Source: an uncultured Gammaproteobacteria bacterium
GTDB taxonomy: Bacteria; Pseudomonadota; Gammaproteobacteria; Arenicellales; CAJQKF01
Assembly (NCBI GenBank): GCA_905478855.1
Contig: CAJQKF010000039.1
Span: forward strand, 4,934-68,933
Direction: 5' to 3'
Length of the DNA stretch: 64,000 nucleotides
Positions 47,750-56,455 of this stretch are shown here, piece by piece. The translations under genes and the position numbers were made by a program. The first letter of the stretch is position 1, and every line of letters begins with the position of its first letter. The notes below the pieces were generated by a model. That model did no database searches, was not told the origin of the DNA, and saw nothing but the letters and a program-made list of their open reading frames with translations.

Positions 47750-49243
47750 GTGATTAAATTGTCTGATTTTATTTTAAGTATTGATCAAGGTACTACCAGT
47801 TCTCGTGCCATGTTGTTTGACCACAATGGACGATCCGTGTTTACTGCGCAACAAGAGTTTACTCAGTTTTTCCCCCATGACGGTTGGGTCGAGCACGACG
47901 CCGAAGAGATTTGGAGCACAGTTTGTAAAGTCACTCGTGAGGCTATAACTGAAGCTCATAACCGTGGTGCTCGGATTGTTTCGATTGGCATTACCAATCA
48001 ACGAGAGACCACAGTAGTTTGGAACCGCAAAACGGGTAAGCCAATCTACAATGCCATAGTTTGGCAGGATCGACGAACCGCTCAAAAATGCCGGGAATTA
48101 AAAAAGGCCAATCATGAAAAAAGTGTTACTCAAAAAACCGGGCTATTACTCGACCCGTATTTTTCCGGTACAAAAATCCAATGGATTCTAGATCATGTGG
48201 AGGGAGCTAGAACACTTTCTGAACAAGGTGACCTAGCCTTTGGAACAATAGACTGCTTTCTTATTTGGCGACTTACCGGCGGCAAAGTGCATGCCACGGA
48301 TGCAACCAATGCGTCACGAACATTATGTTTCAATATTCATACCCAAAGCTGGGATCTTAATCTTCTGCGCTTGCTTGATGTCCCTGAATCGGTATTACCC
48401 GAAGTCCGCAATTGTGCTGATGATTTTGGAAATACTATTCCCGACTTATTTGGGCAGAAATTACCGATAAATGGAGTCGCTGGTGATCAACAAGCGGCAC
48501 TTATAGGGCAGGCGTGTTTCGAACCAGGAATGATTAAGAGTACTTATGGTACCGGTTGTTTTGTCATTTTAAACACAGGCAATGAGGCGGTTGAATCAAA
48601 GAATAAATTATTGACCACAGTAGGCTATAGACTTAATGGTGATACTACATACGCTATAGAGGGTTCGATTTTTGTCGCTGGTGCTGCGGTTCAATGGTTG
48701 CGAGATGGGCTGGGTATAATTAGTTCCGCAAGTGAAACAGAAGCACTGGTATCGAAATTGGGTTCTAATAACGGTGTATATATGGTGCCAGCATTTACCG
48801 GCTTGGGTGCCCCCCATTGGGATCCAGATGCTCGTGGTGCGATTTTCGGCTTAACTCGTGATACCGGTGTTGCCGAGATCGTGCGTGCGGCTCTTGAAGC
48901 TGTGTGCTATCAAACTTCGGATTTACTTGAGGCTATGGCCCAGGATGGTATATCACCTACTGGGTTGCGTGTTGACGGCGGCATGGTCAACAATAATTGG
49001 CTATGCAATTTTTTGGCAGACATCCTCAACGTATCAGTGGAACGTCCCATTGAAACAGAAACTACGGCATTAGGTGCAGCTTATCTTGCAGGACTTCAAT
49101 GCGGAATGTTTAGCTCGTTGGAAGAACTGCAATCAAAATGGCAGGCCGAAAAAGTATTTTCACCGAAAATGAAACCTGTTGATCGAACTCAATTAATTCA
49201 TGGGTGGCGAGCTGCAGTGAATCGAACGAAGTCAAAATCATAA
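47750..49243 (+). CDS. glpK: Glycerol kinase
   Basis: 497 aa with [29 protein letters not shown] and [10 protein letters not shown] motifs. The start is GTG. Confidence 0.95.
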   Translation: MIKLSDFILSIDQGTTSSRAMLFDHNGRSVFTAQQEFTQFFPHDGWVEHDAEEIWSTVCKVTREAITEAHNRGARIVSIGITNQRETTVVWNRKTGKPIYNAIVWQDRRTAQKCRELKKANHEKSVTQKTGLLLDPYFSGTKIQWILDHVEGARTLSEQGDLAFGTIDCFLIWRLTGGKVHATDATNASRTLCFNIHTQSWDLNLLRLLDVPESVLPEVRNCADDFGNTIPDLFGQKLPINGVAGDQQAALIGQACFEPGMIKSTYGTGCFVILNTGNEAVESKNKLLTTVGYRLNGDTTYAIEGSIFVAGAAVQWLRDGLGIISSASETEALVSKLGSNNGVYMVPAFTGLGAPHWDPDARGAIFGLTRDTGVAEIVRAALEAVCYQTSDLLEAMAQDGISPTGLRVDGGMVNNNWLCNFLADILNVSVERPIETETTALGAAYLAGLQCGMFSSLEELQSKWQAEKVFSPKMKPVDRTQLIHGWRAAVNRTKSKS

Positions 49244-49419
49244 TTGCATTTCTGAATATGTGGCGTAGTTAAGTAGGTGTTGTTAATACACGGAATAAAT
49301 ACCATTGTTTATAAATTCAAGAAAATAACTAACTGAGGCTGAAGTATATCTCAGGATCATGCAGAAACTTAACACCTAGCAAAATCTCTTATCCTAATTG
49401 GAAAGGCGTTGGATAAGTT

Positions 49420-49797
49420 TTGAAGTTTGAGCATAAAGATGCGCTTCACTTCTCGAAGACATGGAGTGGACAACGTTATCAACCATTGCCAGTTGATAAC
49501 GTTGGTATTGATGCGGTTGTGACCGAGCTCACTGAGTGCCTTATTTCAGATAGCTCGCCTATTCTCTGGCCTAGGTGCGCAGCACATATCACAACAAGTG
49601 CTACTACCGTCTCCACTATCGCCAGTGCTGCGGCGTTGATAGCTTCGCCCCAACGGTATGAGCGTACCGCATTTAATTTTCTAGAGGAACTATCTCTTAA
49701 TTGGATGTACGAAATGTTCGGTTTCTCAGATATAAAGGGGCTTTGCCGCAGCGGTGGGTCTGTGGCTAATTTAGTCGCGTTGGAAGAATCAGGCTAA
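49420..49797 (+). pseudogene. N-terminal remnant of a group II PLP-dependent decarboxylase
   Basis: The frame follows the family pattern up to ...FLEELSLNWMYEMFGF...GGSVANLVAL and then stops. The PLP-lysine core is absent. Confidence 0.55.
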
Positions 49798-49858
49798 AAA
49801 TAAAAAATCATGTCGGCTTTTAGTGCGCAAAAGCCAGCATTTTCTCAGTACAACTCGA

Positions 49859-49960
49859 GTAAATGGAAAGTTGGCTATTCGACCGTGTTTTGTAGGTGCT
49901 CGAACGCAAAAAATGCACGTTGATGATCGCATTGGCTCAGTTATTCGAATTGGACACTAA
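49859..49960 (+). pseudogene. Possible C-terminal remnant of the same decarboxylase
   Basis: A short frame (VNGKLAIRPCFVGARTQKMHVDDRIGSVIRIGH-stop) resembles the family C-terminus (LR...n..tt..di). The assignment is tentative. Confidence 0.3.
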
Positions 49961-50003
49961 CTGGTGAAAGATTATATGGGTTAGCTTAAGGTTGCCTGAA
50001 TCG

Positions 50004-50402
50004 TTAAGTGGAATATGACTGGGTAATTTTTTGAATTATTTTAGTTGTCTCGGTTAGCTTCGATCTTCCCACTATTTGCAATATTCCAAGGCGTTTTGCT
50101 ACCTCATAAAAACCTACCAACTGATCTCCCTGGCAATGAATATCGATGTCGAATGATTGATAGAAATCTTCCGTTTCTGTTTTTGGGCCGTGTATAACCT
50201 TATCGATATTCTTGATGCTTTGTAAAATTATTATCCGCTGTTCGTAAGGGATAATCGGTGTACGTTTGTAACTGGCGGTATCTACATCACTCATTACCCC
50301 GACGATAAGCGTATCGCCAAGCTTTCTTGCTCGTTCAAGAGCCTCTACGTGACCTGCATGAAACAGATCAAATACGCCTGATGTGTAAACAATTTTTCCC
50401 AC
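50004..50402 (-). CDS. Cytidylyltransferase-like protein (TagD/glycerol-3-phosphate cytidylyltransferase family)
   Basis: 132 aa with the HxGH motif SGVFDLFHAGHVEALERA. The start is GTG. Confidence 0.8.
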   Translation of the reverse strand: MGKIVYTSGVFDLFHAGHVEALERARKLGDTLIVGVMSDVDTASYKRTPIIPYEQRIIILQSIKNIDKVIHGPKTETEDFYQSFDIDIHCQGDQLVGFYEVAKRLGILQIVGRSKLTETTKIIQKITQSYST

Positions 50403-50474
50403 GTTGTTCTCGGCTTTTCGTTTACTTTCTGCTCGATGAATATGAGCTTAGAAGCTGGTCTGTTGGTTTATTAA

Positions 50475-51134
50475 TCACCAAACCGTGTTAATACTCCAGT
50501 CGGATTTTTTCTCTCGTTTATGATGCGTACTTTTTCTGAGTTGTCGCGCAGGATTGCCACCGACAACAGAATGGGGTGGAAGGTCTGATACAACCACTGC
50601 GCCCGCTCCAATAATGCAATCATTTCCAATTTCTATTCCTGGCTTAACTGACGCACCGACACCGATTAAGGTGCGGTCACCTACAGACACCTTACTTGCA
50701 ATAGCAGCGTTAGGGCCTATAGATACGAACTTTCCCACTTTACAATGGTGGCTAATAACGGCTCCTGATTGCAATAACAATCCGTCACCAATTGTTGCAC
50801 TTGTTCGAACAATAGAATACTCACCGAGAAAAGCATAATCACCAATGGAAGCACTGTTGCTTAAAATAGCGGTGGGGTGAATCGCAGATTCAGGTGTGCG
50901 AGAATTTGTAGTTAGGTTACGGGCAATATATTCTCTTATTGAATTATCTCCGATTGCTAGTAGAACATCAGAATTTTCAGGAAAATAATTTAACGTTTGC
51001 TGGTTTTCAGGGGGCTGAGGATCTACATAACCTACGACAATACGATCGTTCAATTCCATAATTTCTGTAATCACCTCGCTCATATACCAGGCGCCATAGA
51101 TTAAAATTCTATTTGGTGAATTATGTTCTGTCAC
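50475..51134 (-). CDS. NeuD/PglD-family sugar acetyltransferase (left-handed beta-helix)
   Basis: An N-terminal Rossmann-like part (ILIYGAW...VGYVD) is followed by hexapeptide repeats (IGDGLLLQSGAVISHHCKVGKFVSIGPNAAI...). Confidence 0.8.
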   Translation of the reverse strand: MTEHNSPNRILIYGAWYMSEVITEIMELNDRIVVGYVDPQPPENQQTLNYFPENSDVLLAIGDNSIREYIARNLTTNSRTPESAIHPTAILSNSASIGDYAFLGEYSIVRTSATIGDGLLLQSGAVISHHCKVGKFVSIGPNAAIASKVSVGDRTLIGVGASVKPGIEIGNDCIIGAGAVVVSDLPPHSVVGGNPARQLRKSTHHKREKKSDWSINTVW

Positions 51135-51389
51135 AAAGAATACTAGTTTCTACTAATGCGTTTTGAATCGGCCGATAAAATACCAATGACCCATATTCTG
51201 CTTCCATGGATTAATGGGTTGGTTTCGTCAGGTATCTAGGGATCTACCATCAACCTAACCAAAACATCAGTTTATCAAAGCACAGTTGATATGAGAATAA
51301 AAGTTTTGCCTGACGATGTTTTATTTTAAATTACAAATCGTTTATAGCACAGATTGCTTTCTTCGGTTTGCTGTCCTAGGGCAAGACAT

Positions 51390-52871
51390 TTAGGTGATTA
51401 CTTTTTTAGCACGCGTTAACATGTAAAACCTGATTGTGAGCAATGTTCCGGTTACGGTTAGCCCAGCTGTCATACCCCACCATAGGCCATCCGTTTCAAG
51501 ACCCATTGGGAATGCAAGTATCCAACCACCGGCAATACCGAATACCCAGTAGCCAACTGTCGCTAGCCACAGTGGTACAAGTGTATCTTTAAGGCCGCGT
51601 AAAGCCATTGATGCGATAACCTGCAACCCGTCGAAAACTTGGAAAAAGCCAGCCAAAATTAACAGTCGACTTGTAAGTTGTAGCACGGACTCAAAACCGG
51701 GATCGGATTCATCCAGAAACAGGCGTACTAAAGGTTCTGGAAAATTAATTGGAATCACCGATAATACTATAAGAAAACTGATCCCCATGGCAAAGGTAAT
51801 CATTCCCGAGCGTCGCGCGGCTTCTAAGTCAGCTCTTCCCATTGCGTTGGCAATTCGTACCATACTGGCTTCCGCAAGACCGTGTGCGAACATAAATGCC
51901 ATGCCAACCCATGCGATGATTACCTGGTAAGCTGCTAGTGGAATTGGGCCAAGTATGCCGGAAAAAATTGAGACGCCAGCAAATAACCCTGACTCTAGAA
52001 TAACCAACCCGCAAACCGGTATGCCGAGTATTAGAATATCTTTGCAAACCGATAAATCAATAGTAAATCTCCCGCGAAAAAGACCGTACCCACGAAAAAT
52101 AGGTGTTCGATAGGTGTAAATTAGAAGAGACGAAAACATGAATAAAACTACTATGGATTTTGCCCATCCGGCACCAGCAATGCCAAGTTGGGGTAACCCG
52201 AACCGGCCCATTGTTAAGCCAAGACATAAAACGTAGTTAACCGCTACAGCAGCGATAGAAATCATCATGACCGCTCCCGTTTTAGCCAATGACGCGACGA
52301 ACATGCGGAGCACAAAAAACCATAATAACGGTATTAAGGACAAGGCTACCGGCTTTAGATAAGGGCCCATTAGCGAAATGATTTCTGGGTCTTGTCCGGT
52401 GAACGATAATACATAGTCCAAATTCCATATCAACATACTGCCGGGTATGCCTAAGATTGTTGCCATAAAGAGTCCTTGTCTAGTCGCAATTCCCGCGTCT
52501 GGTTTACGGTCTGCACCGTCAGCTTGGGCAACAAAAACACCGACTACCGACAGCAAACCGGCGATAATAATGACAACTTCAATCATCATATCTCCTGCCA
52601 GTCCTATACTTGCCAGTTCTTGATAACCAAGGCGACCAACAATAATTTTGGTGGTCAGGGTCATCGCGTATTCCGCAAGATACGCGGCGATTAATGGTCC
52701 GGCAATAGACATAATATTGCGTGTTTCAAGACGCACTGCTGCAGAGGAAAAAGAAGTCAAATGAGTGAACCCAGAGTTTGAAGAATGATAGACAGCGCTA
52801 TCTCTAAGACGATACGACGTGTAGCGTAGCAGAGTATGTGAAAACCATACGAGACACAACTTTATCAACAA
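51390..52871 (-). CDS. MATE family efflux transporter. The true start is probably downstream of the listed TTG
   Basis: It has 12 hydrophobic segments, and the MATE N-terminal pattern begins near LETRNIMSIAGPLIAAYLAEYAM. The first 45 or so codons look non-homologous. Confidence 0.8.
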   Translation of the reverse strand: MLIKLCLVWFSHTLLRYTSYRLRDSAVYHSSNSGFTHLTSFSSAAVRLETRNIMSIAGPLIAAYLAEYAMTLTTKIIVGRLGYQELASIGLAGDMMIEVVIIIAGLLSVVGVFVAQADGADRKPDAGIATRQGLFMATILGIPGSMLIWNLDYVLSFTGQDPEIISLMGPYLKPVALSLIPLLWFFVLRMFVASLAKTGAVMMISIAAVAVNYVLCLGLTMGRFGLPQLGIAGAGWAKSIVVLFMFSSLLIYTYRTPIFRGYGLFRGRFTIDLSVCKDILILGIPVCGLVILESGLFAGVSIFSGILGPIPLAAYQVIIAWVGMAFMFAHGLAEASMVRIANAMGRADLEAARRSGMITFAMGISFLIVLSVIPINFPEPLVRLFLDESDPGFESVLQLTSRLLILAGFFQVFDGLQVIASMALRGLKDTLVPLWLATVGYWVFGIAGGWILAFPMGLETDGLWWGMTAGLTVTGTLLTIRFYMLTRAKKVIT

Positions 52872-53145
52872 GACTGGGATTCTAATGGAAGAGTACTACT
52901 TAACCCAAAAGGTTGCTGTGTAGATTTTGAATAAAATTGCATGGCTAAACCTGCGCATACTTTATGTGTGCCATCGTAATTTATAAAATATTACTTTCGT
53001 ATTTGTGAAACACTACTTTTGGATATAAGATGTGGCGTGTGTTTTAGAGAAAATAATTATTGTCGTTTTGTATCCTGCTTTGTGCAGATACCTATTCATG
53101 GGTCATATTCTTGATCCTCCCAATATCCAACAATGGAGATTACCA

Positions 53146-53976
53146 GTGAAAAGACTAGCCTTAACTGCAGCAACAACAGCGTTACTGATGACCAGTGCGA
53201 CTACTTATGCCGCGCAATGTACAAACGATACCTGGAACAAAGTGATGAGCCGAGGAAAGATGGTTGTTGGTGTTAAAGCCGATTACAAGCCATGGGGCTA
53301 TCGTAATAGTGATGGCGCTATTATAGGAATGGAAATTGATATGGCTCAACTCGCCGCTGATGCGATGGGTGTTGAGTTGGAAACTGTAGCGGTTCAATCA
53401 TCAAATCGTATGCAATTTCTTGAAAACGGTAAAATCGATATGATGGTTGCCACTATGTCTGACCGACCTGATCGCCGCACGATTGTTGGTATTACACAGC
53501 CCAATTATTACACCTCAGGTACTAATATAATGTCCCCGAAGGCGGTTGGTATTACTAAATGGGAAGACTTACGCGGTAAACCAGTTTGCGGAAAGCAAGG
53601 TGCGTTTTATAACAAAGTTGTAGCCGAGCGTTATGGTGCGGAAATTGTTGCCTTTACCGGAAACGCTGAAGCTAAACAGGCATTACGTGATAAAAAATGT
53701 ATCGCTTGGGTATACGATGACTCTTCCATAATGTCTGATCTTTCTTCAGGTAATTACGATGCAATGGAAATGCCACTTAATAGCGAAGATGATAATCCTT
53801 GGGGCTTGGCCGTACCTCTTGCAGAGAAAGATTGTATCTTTGGTAACTTCATGTCGGGCTTAACATATAATTTGCATCAGTCCGGTAAGTTAATTGAACT
53901 GGAACAAAAATGGGGTATTCAGGCAACTAAATACTTAGCGGACCAGAACGAACGTTTTGCTGATTGGATTCAATAA
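53146..53976 (+). CDS. Polar amino acid ABC transporter substrate-binding protein (SBP_bac_3)
   Basis: A GTG at 53146 is preceded by GGAG and gives a clean signal peptide (KRLALTAATTALLMTSATTYA). The listed ORF starts at 53032. Confidence 0.85.
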   Translation: MKRLALTAATTALLMTSATTYAAQCTNDTWNKVMSRGKMVVGVKADYKPWGYRNSDGAIIGMEIDMAQLAADAMGVELETVAVQSSNRMQFLENGKIDMMVATMSDRPDRRTIVGITQPNYYTSGTNIMSPKAVGITKWEDLRGKPVCGKQGAFYNKVVAERYGAEIVAFTGNAEAKQALRDKKCIAWVYDDSSIMSDLSSGNYDAMEMPLNSEDDNPWGLAVPLAEKDCIFGNFMSGLTYNLHQSGKLIELEQKWGIQATKYLADQNERFADWIQ

Positions 53977-53996
53977 GCATAATGGATTAGGTTCAA

Positions 53997-54028
53997 ATTA
54001 TCCGCCGGGTGTTAACCCGGCGGATAAT
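53997..54028 (+). terminator. 13-bp perfect stem-loop between the binding-protein and permease genes
   Basis: ATTATCCGCCGGG-tgttaa-CCCGGCGGATAAT. Only TT follows it, so it is more likely an attenuator or stabiliser than a full terminator. Confidence 0.5.
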
Positions 54029-54048
54029 TTGCAACTGAAAGGAATAGA

Positions 54049-54801
54049 ATGAACGGTTTCCAGCAATACTTTTATGATCTGGCTCAGGAATACCCCAGAT
54101 GGAACTTCATATTTTTTTATGATCCGACTCAATCTGATCGGGTAATACAAGGATTGTGGATGACATTGGAGCTTTCTGTTATCTGTGTGATTCTCAGTGT
54201 TGTTATCGGCATCCTAGGTGCCTGGTTACAGGGCGCACCCTCAAAAACTGTGCGTATTATTGTGCAGGGTTATATACAATTTTTTAGGAATACACCGCCA
54301 CTAGTGCAGTTGTTGTTTTTCTATTTTGCGTTAGGGCAATTTACACCAACCTATTCGCCAGATGGTTGGCTGGAAGTGCCGATTATTTCAAATGTCGGCT
54401 GGGCAATCATTTCTTTATCGTTTTTCGCTGGCGCCTTTAATGTTGAAATTTTTCGCGCAGGAATCGAATCCGTTCCGGAGTCGACTCAGGAAGCCGCCGA
54501 AGCGCTATGTATGAATCGTGCGCAAATATTTCGTTATGTGGTTTTCCCACTTGCCTTCCGAGTGAGTCTGCCAGCGCTGAATAATAATCTGGTTAATCTG
54601 GTAAAGACGACGACTCAAGCGCTTGCTATAGCCGTGCCCGAGCTTCTTTACCAGATGATTAGTATTTATAACGATTATTCAACGGCACAATACGCGTGTA
54701 TGTTGGTGTTATTTGTTGCTTATATCGTTCTCGTTGGCATCTTAGTATTCGGCATGAATCATTGGGAACGAAAAATTAAGGTGCCCGGTTATGGCAATTA
54801 A
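54049..54801 (+). CDS. Amino acid ABC transporter permease (His/Glu/Gln/Arg/opine family)
   Basis: 250 aa with the conserved loop EAAEALCMNRAQIFRYVVFP. Confidence 0.9.
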   Translation: MNGFQQYFYDLAQEYPRWNFIFFYDPTQSDRVIQGLWMTLELSVICVILSVVIGILGAWLQGAPSKTVRIIVQGYIQFFRNTPPLVQLLFFYFALGQFTPTYSPDGWLEVPIISNVGWAIISLSFFAGAFNVEIFRAGIESVPESTQEAAEALCMNRAQIFRYVVFPLAFRVSLPALNNNLVNLVKTTTQALAIAVPELLYQMISIYNDYSTAQYACMLVLFVAYIVLVGILVFGMNHWERKIKVPGYGN

Positions 54802-55672
54802 GCTCGATAATAGCCAGACAGACTTACCGGTATTAAAGCCATTTAATTATAGTCCTGCCGGCCAGCCTGGAGATTTACAGTTCAGTCGTTGGTTGGCTGA
54901 AGTACCTCCACATGGGTTTATCGGTTTGCTTCTATTGGCATGTTTGTGGCCGGTTATTGCGGCGGCACAGTCGAATTTTACAACGACACAGGCATTTGAA
55001 GCATTGTGGCGCTGGATGCCCTTTTTATTGACTAAGGGTTTTTTGCTTAATGTTGTTGTCAGTTTCTTAACCATGTTAATTGGCACAATAGCGGGAATAC
55101 TGCTTGGTCTCGGACAGATTTCCCCGATAAATTGGCTGAGGCGAAGTTGCTGGTTTATTACCCAGTTATTCCGAAATTCGCCGTGGCTGGTTTTGTTGTT
55201 TATCGTAATGCTTGCCTTTCCTTTCGAGATTCAGATAGGCGACACCATTATTCCTATACCGGATTGGATGAAGGCTGTGTTTGGGTTGTCCTTACCAATT
55301 ATGGCTAATATTGCCGAAGTTGTGCGTGGCGGTGTTCAATCGGTTTCAACGGGTCAATGGGAAGCTGCCGAATCACTAGCGTATACACGCCAGCAAACAT
55401 TATGGATGATCATTTTACCGCAATGTTTCAAAAGAATGATTCCACCGTGGATGAACTGGTACGCCATTCTTACGATGGCAACACCTTTGATATCATTGCT
55501 TGGCGTTGAAGAAATCATAACGCTGTCGCGTCAGGCTATGGAGTCTGAAGATAACCATCCGGAATTACTGATGCCGTTTTTCGGTTTCTCCTTGGTTATA
55601 TTTTTTATTTACTGCTATCCAATCGCGCGTTTAACCATGAAGCTGGAAAAGCGCTTTAACGTAAAAGGGTAA
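54791..55672 (+). CDS. Amino acid ABC transporter permease (second subunit)
   Basis: 293 aa with the conserved loop EAAESLAYTRQQTLWMIILPQ. It overlaps the upstream permease gene. Confidence 0.85.
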   Translation: MAIKLDNSQTDLPVLKPFNYSPAGQPGDLQFSRWLAEVPPHGFIGLLLLACLWPVIAAAQSNFTTTQAFEALWRWMPFLLTKGFLLNVVVSFLTMLIGTIAGILLGLGQISPINWLRRSCWFITQLFRNSPWLVLLFIVMLAFPFEIQIGDTIIPIPDWMKAVFGLSLPIMANIAEVVRGGVQSVSTGQWEAAESLAYTRQQTLWMIILPQCFKRMIPPWMNWYAILTMATPLISLLGVEEIITLSRQAMESEDNHPELLMPFFGFSLVIFFIYCYPIARLTMKLEKRFNVKG

Positions 55673-55687
55673 ACCCAGGAAATCATA

Positions 55688-56443
55688 ATGACAACTCATA
55701 ACTGGACCCCGGATCAACCCCTCATATCGATTCGCGATGTGCACAAATCATTTGGTGATTTGGAAGTTCTAAAAGGTATTACTCTAGATGTGAGGCAAGG
55801 TGAGGTAATTTGTATTATTGGTCCGTCGGGCTCGGGTAAATCCACATTGATTCGCTGTATTAATGCACTCAACCCTATCAACAGTGGCTCAATCAAAGTT
55901 GAAGGTCAAGAAGTGAACGACCCTAAATTGGATAAGTTAGCACTGCGAAAAAAGGTCGGTATGGTCTTTCAGCAATATAATTTATTCCCGCACAAGACCG
56001 CTCTTGAAAATATAATGATGGCTCCTGTTAAAGTGCTAAATGAGCCGGTTGATGAGGTGGAGCAGAGAGCACGGAAATTGATGAAGCGGGTAAATTTAAT
56101 AGGCAAGGAAGATGCCTATCCAGGAGAATTATCCGGTGGACAACAACAACGTGTTGCAATTGCGCGTTCGTTGGCAATGAATCCTGATGTTATTCTTTTT
56201 GATGAGGTGACCGCAGCCCTTGATCCGGAGACCGTCAATGAAGTACTGCTTGCAATAAAGGACCTCGCTCAGGATGGCATGACCTGTATTTTGGTGACTC
56301 ACGAAATGGGTTTTGCGCGAGAAGTCGCAGATCATATTTACTTTACCGATCGTGGTGTGATTGTTGAGCATGGACCGCCAGCCACTTTCTTTACCGAAGC
56401 TTCAGACCCTCGCACTCAAGAGTTCCTAAGCCAAATACTATAA
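55688..56443 (+). CDS. Amino acid ABC transporter ATP-binding protein (GlnQ-like)
   Basis: It has Walker A (GPSGSGKST), an LSGGQQQRVAIAR signature and ILFDEVTAALDPE. Confidence 0.9.
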   Translation: MTTHNWTPDQPLISIRDVHKSFGDLEVLKGITLDVRQGEVICIIGPSGSGKSTLIRCINALNPINSGSIKVEGQEVNDPKLDKLALRKKVGMVFQQYNLFPHKTALENIMMAPVKVLNEPVDEVEQRARKLMKRVNLIGKEDAYPGELSGGQQQRVAIARSLAMNPDVILFDEVTAALDPETVNEVLLAIKDLAQDGMTCILVTHEMGFAREVADHIYFTDRGVIVEHGPPATFFTEASDPRTQEFLSQIL

Positions 56444-56455
56444 GGTTTTCATTGT

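Noticed and set aside
53032-53145. 38-codon N-terminal extension of the amino acid binding protein ORF. Similar extensions occur at 26707-26766 (livM) and near 52740-52871 (MATE).
   Set aside because: Internal starts give canonical signal peptides or family N-termini, and in one case a Shine-Dalgarno sequence. The extensions overlap upstream genes or lack homology.
53985-54000. tRNA T-loop-like string GGTTCAAATT. I also screened the whole window for GTTCGAATC/GTTCAAATC-type T-arms.
   Set aside because: There is no matching acceptor or anticodon stem around it. The sequence is the 5' flank of the 13-bp stem-loop. No tRNA could be supported anywhere in the window.
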